From: a virus
Taxonomy: Duplodnaviria > Heunggongvirae > Uroviricota > Caudoviricetes
IMG/VR virus record: IMGVR_UViG_2874968258_000001
Location: 1 to 61,666 of that record
Direction: 5' to 3' (one strand)
DNA length: 61,666 nucleotides
Positions 19,812 through 28,866 of the stretch are shown piece by piece (positions within the stretch are counted from its first letter, which is position 1; every line of letters starts with the position of its first letter). A model generated the notes under the pieces. That model searched no databases. It had not been told where the DNA came from and saw only the letters and a list, made by a program, of their open reading frames with translations. The translations under genes were made by a program, and so were the position numbers.

Positions 19812-20170
19812 TTCTTAGTCTCTGGTGCTTTCGGCATTACTGCCCAGTGAGTGATATTGACGTTTTCAAGGTCCCCGACCTGAAATGTCCACTGCCATTC
19901 TCCGGTTTCTTTTTGTCCCCAGGTGTACCAGAGAGAACGCCAGCCAATCAGCCAGCCTTCTCCGTTAGCATCAAATAACAGAACACTTTCATTTGCTGGT
20001 GGCAGTTCAGCTGACACTGGTATTATTTTGCTTTCCAGTGCCGCACATTTAGCTTCAAGCGCGTCGAATTTACGTACCAGGTACTCAGCATTTGTTTCGT
20101 TCACTTTCAGATCTCGCGGTACACATTTCCCGCGAAGAAACCCTTCCATTTCGAAAACACTCATGCGCAT
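19808..20170 (-). CDS. Hypothetical early-left protein (YfdS-like position)
   Basis: 120-aa ORF, overlapping stop/start with neighbours. Confidence 0.45.
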   Translation of the reverse strand: MRMSVFEMEGFLRGKCVPRDLKVNETNAEYLVRKFDALEAKCAALESKIIPVSAELPPANESVLLFDANGEGWLIGWRSLWYTWGQKETGEWQWTFQVGDLENVNITHWAVMPKAPETKK

Positions 20171-20697
20171 TTGCGTAACTCCGATAATTCGTTAAAGCGT
20201 TCCATAAACATCCCGTAGGCATGGCCTGGAGCCAGTGGAATCACGTTGAACATCTCTGTTGCCGGGATACCTTCCAGCACAGGCCAGAAAGAGCCATCAT
20301 CAAGCCCGAGATCGCGGCGTTCGGTTGCCAGCATGATGAGATCGGCATATTTCACTGGCGTGCTCATAACAGGAGGTAACCCGTATTTCTCACGGATTAC
20401 GGCGTCTATTTTTTCTTCCATCCGTTTATAGTCAGGAAGAAGTCGTTTCAGTGGTGCGGGGATGTCCTGGCAATACGCTTCTGTTGCATCATGCATTAAC
20501 GCTTCAAAAGCAAATTCCTGCGGCACCAGCTGGCTGCAAAGAACCGCATGTTGGGCGACGCTGTAGAAGTGCGAAAGATGACCGGCAAAGCGACAGATAT
20601 TTGAAAGGGAAACCGCGATATCGTTAATATCGATGTCGTCTTTATTTATCCTGTCATAATAAAAATGCTTCCCGGAAAAAGTTTTAATAAATGACAT
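20161..20697 (-). CDS. HD-domain phosphohydrolase (YfdR-like 5'-deoxynucleotidase)
   Basis: H...HD motif (LMHDATEAY) and downstream D; ~178 aa from the internal Met. Confidence 0.65.
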   Translation of the reverse strand: MSFIKTFSGKHFYYDRINKDDIDINDIAVSLSNICRFAGHLSHFYSVAQHAVLCSQLVPQEFAFEALMHDATEAYCQDIPAPLKRLLPDYKRMEEKIDAVIREKYGLPPVMSTPVKYADLIMLATERRDLGLDDGSFWPVLEGIPATEMFNVIPLAPGHAYGMFMERFNELSELRKCA

Positions 20698-20824
20698 TTT
20701 GTTCTCCACGTATATGCGCTGCACCGTGCTGAATTCTGGTAAAAGGAAGCCATCACCATCCGGCGATTATTGAGTAAATTATGTTTCCATAAATGCCCCC
20801 GCAGGGGCATTTGCAGTAATGAAA

Positions 20825-21649
20825 TCAGGCGGTGAAAGTACCAATAAAGGTTTCTACTTTGCTGTCTTTAAATTTCTCAACAAGCAGATCACGAAATTCG
20901 TTAGCCATTTCTTCCTGCACCGCTTCCAGCTGAATAATGCGCAGAACCAGTACAGGACGATCGCCAGTGATAATGCTGAGGCGTAATTTAAACGGACGTT
21001 CTTTAAGGCCTTCAAACGGAACGCATTTAAATTCAAATGCCACTGGCATAATGTCTTTAGTCTTCGCTTCGACAGACTCCATCAGGGAGCGTTTGCCGCT
21101 GAAGTCATTATCTTCAAAATCAGCGGTCTGGTTTGCTTCAATCGTGATTTTACGGACCGCCGCAGCCGCTTTTGTTGCCTGAATGGTGTCACCATTAGCA
21201 TCAAAGCCCACAAGGTAGTCGGCCCAGTCTTCAATCCATTCTGCCAGTGACTTCTGGGAGTTACGCTCGCCGTTAACAGACAACAGGGCAGAGAACGGTG
21301 CTGTCTTTTTCAGTTTGAGAGTGGCGGTGTTATCTGCGTGACCTGGTTCATCAATAGTACCCAGGTTAAGCACACTGACGGCTCGCATATTATCAGCATC
21401 GATAAAGCAGCGGGTGCCTTCATCTGCAAGATCTTTAGAATAACGGGTAAAGTCATCGATGCTGGCAGTGGAAAGCGCACCACGGAAACGGAAGCGATTT
21501 AAATTAAATTTTTCCAGATCATGAATGCGGAAATTCTCAGGCAATGCCACAGCATCGGCACCAATCTTACTGATAATTTCATTAACACCCTGAGCAGAAA
21601 TAAGGGCATGGATTTGATTAATTGCGGTTGCGTCTAAGTTCTGAGACAT
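20825..21649 (-). CDS. YfdQ-like (DUF2303-type) prophage protein
   Basis: 274-aa ORF, size and order as in CPS-53-type early regions. Confidence 0.55.
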   Translation of the reverse strand: MSQNLDATAINQIHALISAQGVNEIISKIGADAVALPENFRIHDLEKFNLNRFRFRGALSTASIDDFTRYSKDLADEGTRCFIDADNMRAVSVLNLGTIDEPGHADNTATLKLKKTAPFSALLSVNGERNSQKSLAEWIEDWADYLVGFDANGDTIQATKAAAAVRKITIEANQTADFEDNDFSGKRSLMESVEAKTKDIMPVAFEFKCVPFEGLKERPFKLRLSIITGDRPVLVLRIIQLEAVQEEMANEFRDLLVEKFKDSKVETFIGTFTA

Positions 21650-21714
21650 AATAAGTCCTCACTATATAAAGATATTCAGTGATGAGATAAATAATCAGTT
21701 AATTAAGAACGATA

Positions 21715-22077
21715 TTAATGACCTGCTGCGCGGAGTTTTCCGTCAGGTTCACCGGCAAGAGTCAGTAATTGTCCCTGGTCTTCCTGCAGAATAGTCAGGC
21801 GACCACCGCGATTGACATACATCGGCGTTTCGGTGGTGTCTTCTTCGGAAATTTTCCCGCGGTTAGTCGGGCGAACATATGAGAGTTTGTGTTTGATTTT
21901 CACACGGTTCTCATCAAATGGTTCGATTTCCAGGTTGAGTGAGACCTTACCTTTGGTTTTCGTGTTCATCACACCGGAAGCGACTTCACTGAGAACTGCG
22001 CCGATTTTGGTTTCAAATACGCCGCCGTCCAGCTCCCCGATAAATGCCTGCACATCAGTACTGCGTTCGCTAGCCAT
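21715..22077 (-). CDS. YfdP-like early protein (120 aa)
   Basis: Internal Met MASERSTDV... has AGGAG 7 nt upstream; the longer 197-aa ORF upstream looks non-coding. Confidence 0.5.
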   Translation of the reverse strand: MASERSTDVQAFIGELDGGVFETKIGAVLSEVASGVMNTKTKGKVSLNLEIEPFDENRVKIKHKLSYVRPTNRGKISEEDTTETPMYVNRGGRLTILQEDQGQLLTLAGEPDGKLRAAGH

Positions 22078-22659
22078 TTTGCTGCTCCTCATCATATCGA
22101 CCCTGCAAGGTCGGTTGGTTTCTCCACAAAACAGAGAAGAACACCTGCGGTGGCAGCCGCCCGGATGGATTGGGTTATGAGCCCGTCGTCCGGTGATGCT
22201 CTTCTCTGTTTTGTAAAAAGAGCGGTACCAGCCGGAAGCAAGTGTACAAACTGGTACCGCCAAAGCAGTGGCTGTTGTGGTGGGGTTGTCACTCAGGCGT
22301 ATGGTCAACCTGACAATCCGGTGTCCTCAACGGGGAAAGAGTAACCCCGCCATACTTACCGCCGCGCCATTTCGCGGATTACCACAACGCTGAGAGCACT
22401 TAGCCAGTTACGGCACCACACTTTGTCGCGGCTCTATAAATGCCCTCATCGTTGCACCCTGGTCTCTTCCCAGGCGTCAAACCGAATCGCCACGCTGGTT
22501 AGGCGTCTTATCTGCATCATCATTGACTTGCACATTCCGGCTACCTGGTTTGTTTGCCCGAGCAAGAAGTGGATTGTCCCCTTTAACGTCCCCAGACCGC
22601 TAACGACGCATGTGCCATACGCCGTGTTACAACCAAATTTTGTTTGAATCTTGCCTGCC

Positions 22660-22700
22660 TCATGTTTCTTTTGGATACATTATGTATCTCATGGGTACAT
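22660..22700. promoter_or_regulatory. Putative OL/PL-like operator region
   Basis: Repeated TGTAC/GTACA half-sites (GATACATTATGTATC, GGGTACATTGTC) resembling those in the cI-cro intergenic region. Confidence 0.35.
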
Positions 22701-22710
22701 TGTCAAGTAT

Positions 22711-22733
22711 AAAAAAACCTGCCGAAGCAGGTT
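22711..22733 (-). terminator. Rho-independent terminator downstream of cI
   Basis: Minus strand AACCTGCTTCGGCAGGTTTTTTT. Confidence 0.6.
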
Positions 22734-22745
22734 CATAAATATTGA

Positions 22746-23420
22746 TTAGGCCTTTATTGTGTATCTTCTTGGTTTTCCCGAGAAAATCACTGTACCAATT
22801 ATAGAGCAATTACCGTTAATCTTAATGTAAGGCTCAGGCCAGTTTGGGTTTAATGCTTTGAGATAACGCTGTGTTCCATCTTCTATCAATCGCTTGAAGG
22901 TGGTTTCGCCTGAATCGTGCATCAATGCAATAACGTCGTCACCGTGGCAGGCAGGGACTTCAGGATCAACAAAAATCATGTCTCCCGGGCGGTACTCATC
23001 AATCATTGAATCACCAATCACCCGCAAGATATAAGTCATTTCGCCACAGGGTACAGGGCAGGGATAAGTTTCTGCTGTGCTCAAATCAACCTCAGAATAG
23101 CCAACTTCTTTCCATGCTCCGGCCTGTACCCATGATATGACAGGGACTAACGTTATTTGTTTGTTAGTGATTGAAACATCAGGTTTTTTTGTGATGTTCG
23201 TGGTCTGGTGTTCTTGATCAAGCCATCCGACAGGCAGGTCGAAACATTTTTCGATGTGCCTTGCCATGCTGTCACCGATATTTTTAGTAGCACCATCTCC
23301 CATAAACCTGCTGGTCTGGGTTGGCTCGCGATCAATCATGGTGGCAAAGGAAGAATTCCCGCCAACACCATCTCTCAGTTTTCTGGCGTTAGACCGCCGG
23401 ATGTCATGGACTGTTTTCAT
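22746..23420 (-). CDS. CI-type repressor (HTH plus LexA-like S24 peptidase domain)
   Basis: 224-aa ORF; GDSM serine motif and conserved lysine region; divergent from a cro-like gene. Confidence 0.85.
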   Translation of the reverse strand: MKTVHDIRRSNARKLRDGVGGNSSFATMIDREPTQTSRFMGDGATKNIGDSMARHIEKCFDLPVGWLDQEHQTTNITKKPDVSITNKQITLVPVISWVQAGAWKEVGYSEVDLSTAETYPCPVPCGEMTYILRVIGDSMIDEYRPGDMIFVDPEVPACHGDDVIALMHDSGETTFKRLIEDGTQRYLKALNPNWPEPYIKINGNCSIIGTVIFSGKPRRYTIKA

Positions 23421-23429
23421 AAAGAAATT

Positions 23430-23510
23430 AAAACCTTTGTACCGATAAGGTACAAGTATCTTGAAGGTTCATCTCAATCATGTAATATGTATATCGGAGG
23501 TACATATTGT
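23430..23510. promoter_or_regulatory. Putative OR/PR/PRM operator-promoter region
   Basis: Inverted repeats TTGTACC-N5-GGTACAA and GGTACATATTGTA between divergent cI and cro. Confidence 0.45.
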
Positions 23511-23711
23511 ATGAAAGCGTATTGGGACTCTTTAACCAAAGAACAGCAGGGCGAGTTGGCCGGAAAAGTTGGCTCAACACCTGGCTACTTACGGCTGGTT
23601 TTCAATGGTTATAAAAAAGCCAGTTTTGTGCTGGCGAAAAAACTTGAGCAATGCACGTCAGGTGCAATTACGAAATCTGACTTAAGACCGGATATCTATC
23701 CGAAAGATTAA
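23511..23711 (+). CDS. Cro-like HTH regulator (YdaS-like)
   Basis: 66-aa ORF with GGAGG 10 nt upstream of ATG 23511. Confidence 0.6.
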   Translation: MKAYWDSLTKEQQGELAGKVGSTPGYLRLVFNGYKKASFVLAKKLEQCTSGAITKSDLRPDIYPKD

Positions 23712-23742
23712 CAGAACACCTTCAATTTTTAACCACAGAACG

Positions 23743-24306
23743 ATGAGGCTAACCGTGGGTAAGTATCACTGGAAAGTAGAAAAACAGCCTGAGTGGTACG
23801 TGAAAGCTGTCAGAAAAACTATCGCAGCGTTGCCGGGTGGTTACGCTGAAGCAGCTGACTGGCTGGATGTAACAGAGAACGCATTATTTAACCGCCTTCG
23901 TGCCGATGGCGATCAGATTTTCCCGCTGGGATGGGCAATGGTTTTACAGCGCGCGGCTGGCACTCACTACATTGCGGATGCTGTCGCACAGTCTGCTGGT
24001 GGGGTGTTCGTATCGCTTCCTGAAATTGAGGAAGTAGAGAACGCCGATATAAACCAGCGCCTGCTGGAAGTCATCGAACAGATCGGGAATTACTCAAAGC
24101 AGATTCGTTCGGCAATCGAAGATGGGGTCGTGGAGCCACACGAGCAGACAGCAATTAATGATGAGTTGTATCTGTCAATTTCGAAGCTCCAGGAGCATGC
24201 AGCACTGGTCTACAAAATCTTTTGCGCTCCAGAAAAGAGTGACGCCCGCGAGTGTGCAGCTCCGGGCGTCGTGGCGTTTTGTGTCTGTGGAGAAACTAAC
24301 GCATGA
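23743..24306 (+). CDS. CII-like regulatory protein (YdaT-like)
   Basis: 187-aa ORF after cro; assignment by recollection. Confidence 0.4.
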   Translation: MRLTVGKYHWKVEKQPEWYVKAVRKTIAALPGGYAEAADWLDVTENALFNRLRADGDQIFPLGWAMVLQRAAGTHYIADAVAQSAGGVFVSLPEIEEVENADINQRLLEVIEQIGNYSKQIRSAIEDGVVEPHEQTAINDELYLSISKLQEHAALVYKIFCAPEKSDARECAAPGVVAFCVCGETNA

Positions 24307-25139
24307 ACAGTTTAACGGCAAATAACCGTTTGTCGCAACAGCTGGTGGTCAGTGTCGCTGAACACCTGTTGTTACGGCATGAATGCAGATTACCAAATCA
24401 CCTGGCTGTAAGTAACCACAGAGAACTTTACCTGACTGTGGGGGGCGAGTTGTGCAGGAACTTAACCGCTGGTTTCGTGATGGAAGAGGGCTTTATGTCC
24501 ATGTTATTCGTTGGGAGCCAGAAACACAGCGCGTTATCTATCTTCGCAAAGACTACCCGCATGAGTGCTTTAGTCCTTTGTGGAAATTCAGGCGTGATTT
24601 TGTTGAGTGTGAAGGACCACCAGCACATTGATTCTGCCATTCCGGGACGTTACACTGTTCAGGCACCTTATAAAGCGGGTGCCGGGATTGGCGTCCTGGA
24701 ATTGATCAAGGCGATATATGACGCGCCAGCGTCTTTTTTATCGTCCGCATTTGCTCACATCAAAGTTATGGTGGGCTGGGCGGGGGCATCGAAAGATGCG
24801 CCGGTTTCCTTGATCACCGGTTACGCCAACCCCGTTCAGTTCACCACCAGCGAAATTGGCGTTTCCGGTGGTGGAAGTATTTCACCGATCAAGGAGGCTG
24901 CCATCATGGCTACTGTCCCAGCCCTCACTCGTCTGAATGATGAAGACTTACATAAACTCAGTTATGTAACAACTGCACTACGTGCTCTGCGCAAGGTAAC
25001 TCTTTCGGATCCGCAGGCGCATCAGGTTCTGGTAGAAACCCTTCTTAACTTGCAGGCTGAACGTATCCGTTTGGCGGATAAGGCTAATTTTCATATTCAC
25101 CGTCTCCTGAATATCAGCGGAGGGCATCGTCATGCTTAA
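24303..25139 (+). CDS. Hypothetical protein (YdaU-like position)
   Basis: 278-aa ORF, too long to be chance, overlapping stop/start with the upstream gene. Confidence 0.35.
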   Translation: MNSLTANNRLSQQLVVSVAEHLLLRHECRLPNHLAVSNHRELYLTVGGELCRNLTAGFVMEEGFMSMLFVGSQKHSALSIFAKTTRMSALVLCGNSGVILLSVKDHQHIDSAIPGRYTVQAPYKAGAGIGVLELIKAIYDAPASFLSSAFAHIKVMVGWAGASKDAPVSLITGYANPVQFTTSEIGVSGGGSISPIKEAAIMATVPALTRLNDEDLHKLSYVTTALRALRKVTLSDPQAHQVLVETLLNLQAERIRLADKANFHIHRLLNISGGHRHA

Positions 25140-25364
25140 TCCGTTGATCCTCAATATTTGCCGTTTGCTTCAGCGTAAAAAAACATCAATTCCTACAGTT
25201 GGGCAGTGGTACACCACGCCTGCAGGGCATGTTCTACGTGTTAGCCTGGTTGACCGTGAATGTCAGAAGGTGGTTTGTGAACCGCTGGGCCGTAATTACC
25301 GCGTCAGTATGCCGCTTATAGCCTTTCGCTCCGGAAAAAACATGAAGCATCTCGGAGGTGCAGC

Positions 25365-26183
25365 ATGAGTATGGAGCTGATGGTTAAAGCGATGAAAATT
25401 CGAGTGGGTAATCCATTGCGAAAACTGGTTCTGATCAAGCTGGCTGATAATGCCAGCGATCAGGGTGAGTGCTGGCCCAGCTACCAGCATATTGCTGACC
25501 AGTGCGAGATTAGCAAACGTTCTGTGATGAATCATATTGCGGCCCTTTGTGAGTCCGGGCTGGTAAAAAAAGTCACCCGGAAAGGTGAAAAAGGTAACTC
25601 AAGTAATATCTATCTCCTTCATCTGGATGGTGCAGGAGATTCACTAGGGGGTAGTGCAAATAATTCACTATCTGGTGCAGCAAATTCACCAGGTAGTGCA
25701 GGAGTTGCACCAGGGGGTAGTGCAGGAGATTCACCCAGAACCAGTCACTCTTTTGAACCTGTCAAAGAACCAGTCAATGAACCAATAGCTGTTGGTGCAT
25801 CAGTTGATGAGTCCGTGCGAGTTCGTTCAAACCGACCGGAATACTCTCCGGAGTTTGAGCAGGCATGGCTGGTATATCCCAAACGTGCTGGTGGCAATTC
25901 AAAATCTGCAGCCTTCAAAGCCTGGAAAGCCCGTTTGAATGAGGGAGTAAACCCCGAAACCATGCTGGAAGGTGTGAAACGCTACGCGGGCTGGGTATCT
26001 GCGATGGGTAACAGCGGCACACAATTTGTGAAACAGGCTGTCACGTTCTTTGGTCCGGATCGTCATTTCGAAGAATCCTGGGAAGTTCCTGCGGTATCTG
26101 CAGCCAGACGCGAGGACCCGTACTTCAAAGCCAGTTACGACAACGTGGACTACAGCCAGATCCCGGCAGGATTCAGGGGGTGA
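25365..26183 (+). CDS. Replication initiator (lambda O-like) with N-terminal HTH and Gly/Ser/Ala linker
   Basis: GGAGG RBS; HTH-like N-terminus; iteron repeats lie inside the gene as in lambda O. Confidence 0.6.
   Translation: MSMELMVKAMKIRVGNPLRKLVLIKLADNASDQGECWPSYQHIADQCEISKRSVMNHIAALCESGLVKKVTRKGEKGNSSNIYLLHLDGAGDSLGGSANNSLSGAANSPGSAGVAPGGSAGDSPRTSHSFEPVKEPVNEPIAVGASVDESVRVRSNRPEYSPEFEQAWLVYPKRAGGNSKSAAFKAWKARLNEGVNPETMLEGVKRYAGWVSAMGNSGTQFVKQAVTFFGPDRHFEESWEVPAVSAARREDPYFKASYDNVDYSQIPAGFRG
25629..25735. repeat. Iteron-like repeats (putative origin) inside the O-like gene
   Basis: Five ~15-bp units GTGCAGGAGATTCAC / GTGCAAATAATTCAC / GTGCAGCAAATTCAC / GTGCAGGAGTTGCAC / GTGCAGGAGATTCAC at ~20-23 bp spacing. 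Confidence 0.6.
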
Positions 26184-26674
26184 TCATGAGTCTTTTGAAT
26201 GAAGTTCAGAAATTCATTGAAGCCCATCCGGGGTGTACTTCCGGAGACATTGCGGATGCTTTTGCAGGTTACTCACGGCAGCGCGTTCTGCAGTCAGCAA
26301 GCAAGTTACGTCAGAGTGGGCGTGTGGCTCACCGTTGTGAAGGAGATACACGCAGACATTTCCCGCGCCTGACTGAGAGAGCGCAGGAACCGGAACCACA
26401 ACCAGTTCGAGAAACCAGACCTGTGCGCAATTTCTATGTCGGCACTAACGATCCACGGGTGATTTTGTGCCTGACCCGCCAGGCTGAAGAACTGGAGTCC
26501 AGGGGCTTATACCGTCGTGCTGCAACCGTGTGGATGGCGGCATTCCGTGAAAGCCACTCCCAGCCAGAACGAAACAATTTTCTGGCGCGTCGTGAGCGGT
26601 GCTTACGGAAAAGCAGCAAGCGCGCTGTATCGGGTGATGAGTGGTATCTGTCAGGGAATTACGTGGGGGCTTAA
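26180..26674 (+). CDS. Putative regulator: winged-helix N-terminus, PerC-like C-terminal motif
   Basis: C-terminal AEELESRGLYRRAATVWMAAF...RRERC resembles the PerC/Pch motif as I recall it. Confidence 0.4.
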   Translation: MIMSLLNEVQKFIEAHPGCTSGDIADAFAGYSRQRVLQSASKLRQSGRVAHRCEGDTRRHFPRLTERAQEPEPQPVRETRPVRNFYVGTNDPRVILCLTRQAEELESRGLYRRAATVWMAAFRESHSQPERNNFLARRERCLRKSSKRAVSGDEWYLSGNYVGA

Positions 26675-27327
26675 TGAGTAATAAATATTGCCAGGAGCTG
26701 GTGGAACTGCGGAACAAACCAGCCCATGAACTGAAGGAAGTGGGCGATCAGTGGCGCACGCCGGACAACATTTTCTGGGGAATTAACACCCTGTTTGGTC
26801 CGTTTGTTCTGGATCTGTTCACTGACGGTGATAACGCCAAATGTGCTGCGTATTACACGGCGGAAGACAACGCGCTGGCGCATGACTGGTCAGAACGCCT
26901 TGCGGAGCTTAAAGGTGCTGCCTTTGGAAATCCCCCATACAGCCGCGCCAGTCAGCATGAGGGGCAATACATCACCGGCATGCGTTACATCATGAAGCAT
27001 GCCAGTGCCATGCGTGATAAGGGCGGGCGCTATGTTTTCCTGATCAAAGCTGCCACCAGCGAAGTGTGGTGGCCGGAAGATGCAGATCATATTGCTTTTA
27101 TTCGCGGGCGTATTGGTTTTGAACTGCCTGCCTGGTTTATCCCGAAGGATGAGAAGCAGGTGCCGACAGGCGCTTTCTTCGCTGGTGCTATTGCTGTTTT
27201 CGACAAGACCTGGAAGGGACCGGCAATCAGCTACATCGGGCGCGATGAACTTGAGGCATGTGGTGAGGCGTTTCTGGCGCAGGTTCGCCTGCAGGCGGAA
27301 AAGCTGGTCAGGGAGATGGCGGCATGA
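26674..27327 (+). CDS. Phage Dam-family DNA N6-adenine methyltransferase
   Basis: NPPY motif (FGNPPYSR); ATG 26674 with G-rich RBS. Confidence 0.75.
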   Translation: MSNKYCQELVELRNKPAHELKEVGDQWRTPDNIFWGINTLFGPFVLDLFTDGDNAKCAAYYTAEDNALAHDWSERLAELKGAAFGNPPYSRASQHEGQYITGMRYIMKHASAMRDKGGRYVFLIKAATSEVWWPEDADHIAFIRGRIGFELPAWFIPKDEKQVPTGAFFAGAIAVFDKTWKGPAISYIGRDELEACGEAFLAQVRLQAEKLVREMAA

Positions 27328-27650
27328 CGACGTTAACTCAATGCCAGCAGCAGGTGCTGGATATGCTGATTTCTTATCAGAAAGAGCGTGGCTTCCCGCC
27401 AACCAATCAGGAGGTGGCAACCATGCTGGGATACCGTTCGGTGAATGCAGCGGTGGAGCATCTTCGCGCACTGGAGAAAAAAGGCGTCATCACGATAAAG
27501 CGTGGTGTGGCCCGGGGGATCACGCTTCATACCGCGGTGAAGGACGACGACAGCGAGGCGGTCGGGATTATCCGCTCACTGCTTGCCGGTGAGGAAAACG
27601 CAAGGCTGCGTGCAACTCACTGGTTACATGAGAGAGGCCTGAAAGTATGA
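27324..27650 (+). CDS. LexA N-terminal DNA-binding domain protein lacking the S24 peptidase domain
   Basis: Residues 1-70 align by eye with the LexA DNA-binding domain (QQQVLD...GFPPT..E.A..LGYRS.NAA.EHL.AL..KGVI...G..RGI.L); only ~38 aa follow. Confidence 0.6.
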   Translation: MTTLTQCQQQVLDMLISYQKERGFPPTNQEVATMLGYRSVNAAVEHLRALEKKGVITIKRGVARGITLHTAVKDDDSEAVGIIRSLLAGEENARLRATHWLHERGLKV

Positions 27651-28036
27651 AGCTGATCCTGCCTTTCCCGCCCAGCGTGAACACCTACTGGCGACACCCC
27701 AACAAAGGGGCATTTGCTGGTAAGAGCCTGATAAGCGCGGCGGGGCGAAAATTTCAGAGCGCGGCGTGCGCAGCAATAGTTGAGCAGTTACGTCGTCTGC
27801 CAAAACCAACGTCGGCACCTGCTTCAGTGGAGATCGTGTTGTTTCCTCCGGATAACCGGATCCGCGATCTGGACAACTATAACAAGGCGCTGTTTGACGC
27901 CCTGACCCACGCGGGTGTGTGGGAAGACGACAGACAGGTGAAAAGAATGCTGGTGGAGTGGGGACCGGTTATCCCGAAAGGGAAGGTCGAGATCACTATC
28001 AGTAAGTATGAGAAACCGGCGGGTGCAGCCGCCTGA
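27647..28036 (+). CDS. rusA: RusA-family Holliday junction resolvase
   Basis: 129-aa ORF, N-terminus MKLILPFPPSVNTYWR typical of RusA. Confidence 0.8.
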   Translation: MKLILPFPPSVNTYWRHPNKGAFAGKSLISAAGRKFQSAACAAIVEQLRRLPKPTSAPASVEIVLFPPDNRIRDLDNYNKALFDALTHAGVWEDDRQVKRMLVEWGPVIPKGKVEITISKYEKPAGAAA

Positions 28037-28055
28037 TTAAGAGGAGAAACGAAGT

Positions 28056-28865
28056 ATGAATAATCTGATGGTTATTGATGGTATTGAAGTTCGCCGTGAT
28101 GCTTATGGGCGTTACAGCCTGAACGATCTGCACAGGGCAGCCGGGGGAGAACAAAAAAACCGCCCGAAATACTGGCTCTCCAATAAGCAAACCTGTGAAT
28201 TGATTGAACAACTTTTCACCGAGGGTGGAATTCCGCCTCTGGAACAAAATCAACCAGTTAGCGTCATTAATGGCGGAAATAACCAGGGGACGTATGTCTG
28301 CAAAGAACTGGTGTATGCCTATGCAATGTGGATCAGCCCGTCATTCCATCTGAAGGTGATCCGTACTTTCGATATGGTAACCAGCACACCGGAAAAATTA
28401 TCCGGGCAGGCTGCTGACAAGATGCAGGCTGGAGTGATTCTGCTGGACTTTATGCGCAGGGAGTTAAACCTGTCTAACTCTTCAGTGCTTGGGGCCTGTC
28501 AGAAACTCCAGGAGGCTGTTGGCTTACCGAATCTGGCACCGCGCTATGCCATTGATGCTCCTGCTGATGCACACGATGGCTCAAGTCGCCCGACACTGTC
28601 ACTGAGTGCACTGCTGAAACAGTATGGTATCCGCCTGACGGCTAATCAGGCATATCATCAGATGGTGAAGCTGGGGATCGTCGAGCAGCGCGAACGATAC
28701 AGCCGTACCGGGATTAACAACATCAAAAAATTCTGGTCGCTGACGGCGAAAGGCTGCATGTTCGGCAAGAACATCACCAGTCCAGCAAATCCGCGCGAGA
28801 CGCAGCCGCATTTCTTCGAATCCCGATTCCCTGAGCTGTTAAAGCTGCTCGATACCGTTCATTGA
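28056..28865 (+). CDS. KilA-N domain protein (Roi/antirepressor-like)
   Basis: N-terminal KilA-N-like segment (YVCKELVYAYAMWISPSFHLKV). Confidence 0.55.
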   Translation: MNNLMVIDGIEVRRDAYGRYSLNDLHRAAGGEQKNRPKYWLSNKQTCELIEQLFTEGGIPPLEQNQPVSVINGGNNQGTYVCKELVYAYAMWISPSFHLKVIRTFDMVTSTPEKLSGQAADKMQAGVILLDFMRRELNLSNSSVLGACQKLQEAVGLPNLAPRYAIDAPADAHDGSSRPTLSLSALLKQYGIRLTANQAYHQMVKLGIVEQRERYSRTGINNIKKFWSLTAKGCMFGKNITSPANPRETQPHFFESRFPELLKLLDTVH

Positions 28866-28866
28866 G

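Noticed and set aside
21715-22308. 197-aa early-left protein from the first ATG
   Set aside because: The N-terminal 77 residues are Cys/Arg/Thr-rich and overlap a 15-bp perfect inverted repeat; an internal Met with a strong AGGAG RBS gives a 120-aa product, so the upstream part is more likely leader
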